Assembly: GCA_963695545.1 (NCBI GenBank)
Contig: OY968796.1
Span: forward strand, 1,184,001 to 1,248,000
Source: Terriglobia bacterium
GTDB taxonomy: Bacteria; Acidobacteriota; Terriglobia; Acidiferrales; UBA7541
Length of the DNA: 64,000 nucleotides
Reading direction: 5' to 3'
Both the position numbers and the translations under genes were made by a program. Positions 62,236-64,000 of this stretch are shown here, piece after piece (position 1 is the stretch's first letter; the number at the start of each line of letters is the position of its first letter). A model generated the notes under the pieces. The model did not search any database. It had not been told where the DNA came from and was given only the letters and a program-made list of their open reading frames with translations.

Positions 62236-62257
62236 CGGCGACAGACGGGACGTTTTC
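62236..62257 (+). repeat. Family-B repeat
   Basis: CGGCGACAGACGGGACGTTTTC. Confidence 0.8.
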
Positions 62258-62277
62258 GAATAACCAACACATAATCA

Positions 62278-62306
62278 TTGACGCGCAGTTAGAATGGTGC
62301 TATACT
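62278..62306 (+). promoter_or_regulatory. Sigma70-type promoter with no clear downstream CDS
   Basis: TTGACG-17 bp-TATACT with extended TG. Confidence 0.65.
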
Positions 62307-62586
62307 GCTGTGCGTAAGCGAATCACGCATCCCCGCCGCTGTATTTCTAGCACCCACCTAAGCACTTGCGTTGTTCGCGCCCCGAGTGCATTTTCGGGAA
62401 TGCGAGCTCTGAGCTTGCCCGCCGCGGCGTGCGAGTTGCAGGTCGGATTAGATTTATTCTTCAGATGTTCCGCGAAAGACGTAACGCATTTAGTTTCAGG
62501 CAATTATGAGTTGCTCCCCCACACATTTCCTGGAAGTCCTTTAACTGCTATCTTTTATGAGTTGGGTACCGGGGGTGGGGGTGCCT

Positions 62587-62966
62587 CTAGCTACCGCCGT
62601 CGCGCCCCTTCGGCTCCCACAGCTCGATGGAGTTTCCTTCCGGATCTTTGAGGCGCGCGAAGCGCCCGTTCGGATATTGTTCGGGATCTATCTCCACGGC
62701 CACGCCGGCCGAGTGAAGCTGCGCGACTATCGCGTCCAAATTCGCGACGCGAAAATTGATCATCCACTGCTTCCCGGCAACGCCAAAATATTCCGTATCG
62801 TCCGGAAACGGCGCAAACGCCGTCGGCCCAGCCTGCTGTTGCCACGGAGAGTCGTCGTAATTATCCGGCACCGGCTCCACGCCAAGATGATCGCGATACC
62901 ACGCCGCCAGCGCCTTCGGATCGCGGGCGCGAAAAAGAATCCTCCGATGCCAGCCACCTTGTGCAT
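62587..62966 (-). pseudogene. VOC/glyoxalase family protein with a 1-bp frameshift near 62931
   Basis: MHKVAGIGGFFF | RARDPKALAAWYRDHLG...INFRVANLD...GRFARLKDPEGNSIELWEP across two frames. Confidence 0.85.
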
Positions 62967-62968
62967 TG

Positions 62969-64000
62969 CTAGTGGCCTTTCAGCGCCGCCTGCCAGTTCA
63001 GCAGCACGGTAATCGAGCGCGAAGCCGTTGGATCAGCCGAAGTGATCACCACGAATCGGCTCCCATCGGCCGCCACGTCGAAAAACGGCGCCGTATAGCC
63101 CGGCACGTCCACGTCGAAAAGCGGCTGGAGCGCTTTCACTTCAATGGATTTGTCGCTCATCGCGAGATCGGCTTCCGTCAGCCGATCGCCCATGGTCAGA
63201 AAATAGAGATGACCCTTCTTATCCCATCGCGGCGACCATCCGCCATTTTGAGAGATTTGATACTTGGCCCCGGGCCCCGGAAACTGCACCACGTAAACCT
63301 GCGGCAGGCCGCCTGATTCGTAGGAGAAATATGCGAGCCAGTGACCGTCGGGAGAGAAGGTGCCGCTGTACTGAGATACTGTTACGGGCGCCGGCTGAAA
63401 CGCCTTTTGATCGCTAGACACGGGGACAGCCCAAGTCTCATGGAGCGCTGTGCGCCGGTTGAGCCCGTTAAAGGAAATGTAGCGCCCGTCCGGAGACCAG
63501 TCCACAGCGTTCGGAGCTGTGAAATCCGCGGCGGGGAACGTGGACACTGTCTCCTCGGCGCCCGATCCGTCCGCCGGCTTGCGGCAAATCGCTCGAGCGC
63601 CGCGCGGACCGCACGCATAGGCGACGTACTTCCCGTCGGGCGACCAAACCGAGAAAAGCTTCGCACCTGGGCCGAACGTAAGACGCGTCCCGACGCCGCC
63701 CGATGCAGGGAACGACCACAGATCGTCCGCGTTCGATTGCGGATCAAAAACGTTTAGGAGCACGCGCGTGCCGTCGGGGGAAATCTTGGCGCCCTCGTAT
63801 CCCCCGATATCACCAATCGCGCTCACAGAGTTGCCGTTGTGATCGAACCATTCCGGCCGCGAATCTGTCGTGCCGCCTTGGTAGGCCAGCACGCCATTCT
63901 CGGAGACTGAGAACCCGTGTGACTCCGCCAGAGGGATGGGCTTGCCCGTCAGCGTGTCGCTCGCAGGATCGAATTGCTGTGCGAGCAGGTGTGTGTCGCC
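62969..64000 (-). CDS. TolB/PD40 beta-propeller C-terminus (5' partial; often fused to Ser/Thr kinases)
   Basis: Repeated ISPDG/WSPDG/FSPDG blades; terminal ITVLLNW. Confidence 0.8.
   Translation of the reverse strand, partial: GDTHLLAQQFDPASDTLTGKPIPLAESHGFSVSENGVLAYQGGTTDSRPEWFDHNGNSVSAIGDIGGYEGAKISPDGTRVLLNVFDPQSNADDLWSFPASGGVGTRLTFGPGAKLFSVWSPDGKYVAYACGPRGARAICRKPADGSGAEETVSTFPAADFTAPNAVDWSPDGRYISFNGLNRRTALHETWAVPVSSDQKAFQPAPVTVSQYSGTFSPDGHWLAYFSYESGGLPQVYVVQFPGPGAKYQISQNGGWSPRWDKKGHLYFLTMGDRLTEADLAMSDKSIEVKALQPLFDVDVPGYTAPFFDVAADGSRFVVITSADPTASRSITVLLNWQAALKGH

Overview
High-GC bacterial chromosome segment, most likely Acidobacteriota (inferred from the PadR/ADOP-type permease pair, Oar-like TonB-dependent receptor and gene content). 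1-21 kb holds housekeeping genes (obg 3' end, nadD, rsfS, rlmH, CADD-like, cobO/btuR, accD, folC, hslVU, SurA-like PPIase, rpmB). It is interrupted by a REP-associated tyrosine transposase (RAYT) with ~165-bp inverted flanks and a REP-bounded orphan toxin-tip/immunity cassette. 21.4-27.4 kb is a signal-peptide Rhs toxin split by an IS3-family element, followed by two paralogous membrane immunity-like genes. 27.5-44 kb contains an ABC exporter, stress proteins, a two-component set, a Crp/Fnr regulator with tandem TGTGA-N6-TCACA boxes, an unannotated metallothionein-like gene and an MtrA/MtrB/cytochrome c/NapC electron-transfer cluster. A stand-alone tRNA-Ala and TonB-system genes follow, then a 23S-5S unit with no 16S upstream, then gene cassettes bounded by a second repeat family. 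The most notable unexplained structures are (i) cargo genes sitting precisely between the outer ends of two REP-like repeat families, suggesting a RAYT/REP-driven cassette-capture system, (ii) a 27-bp hairpin micro-element inserted in frame into several genes including folC and the RAYT, and (iii) a 176-bp promoter-bearing element duplicated downstream of both toxin/immunity modules. All calls were made by eye from motifs; no database searches were run.
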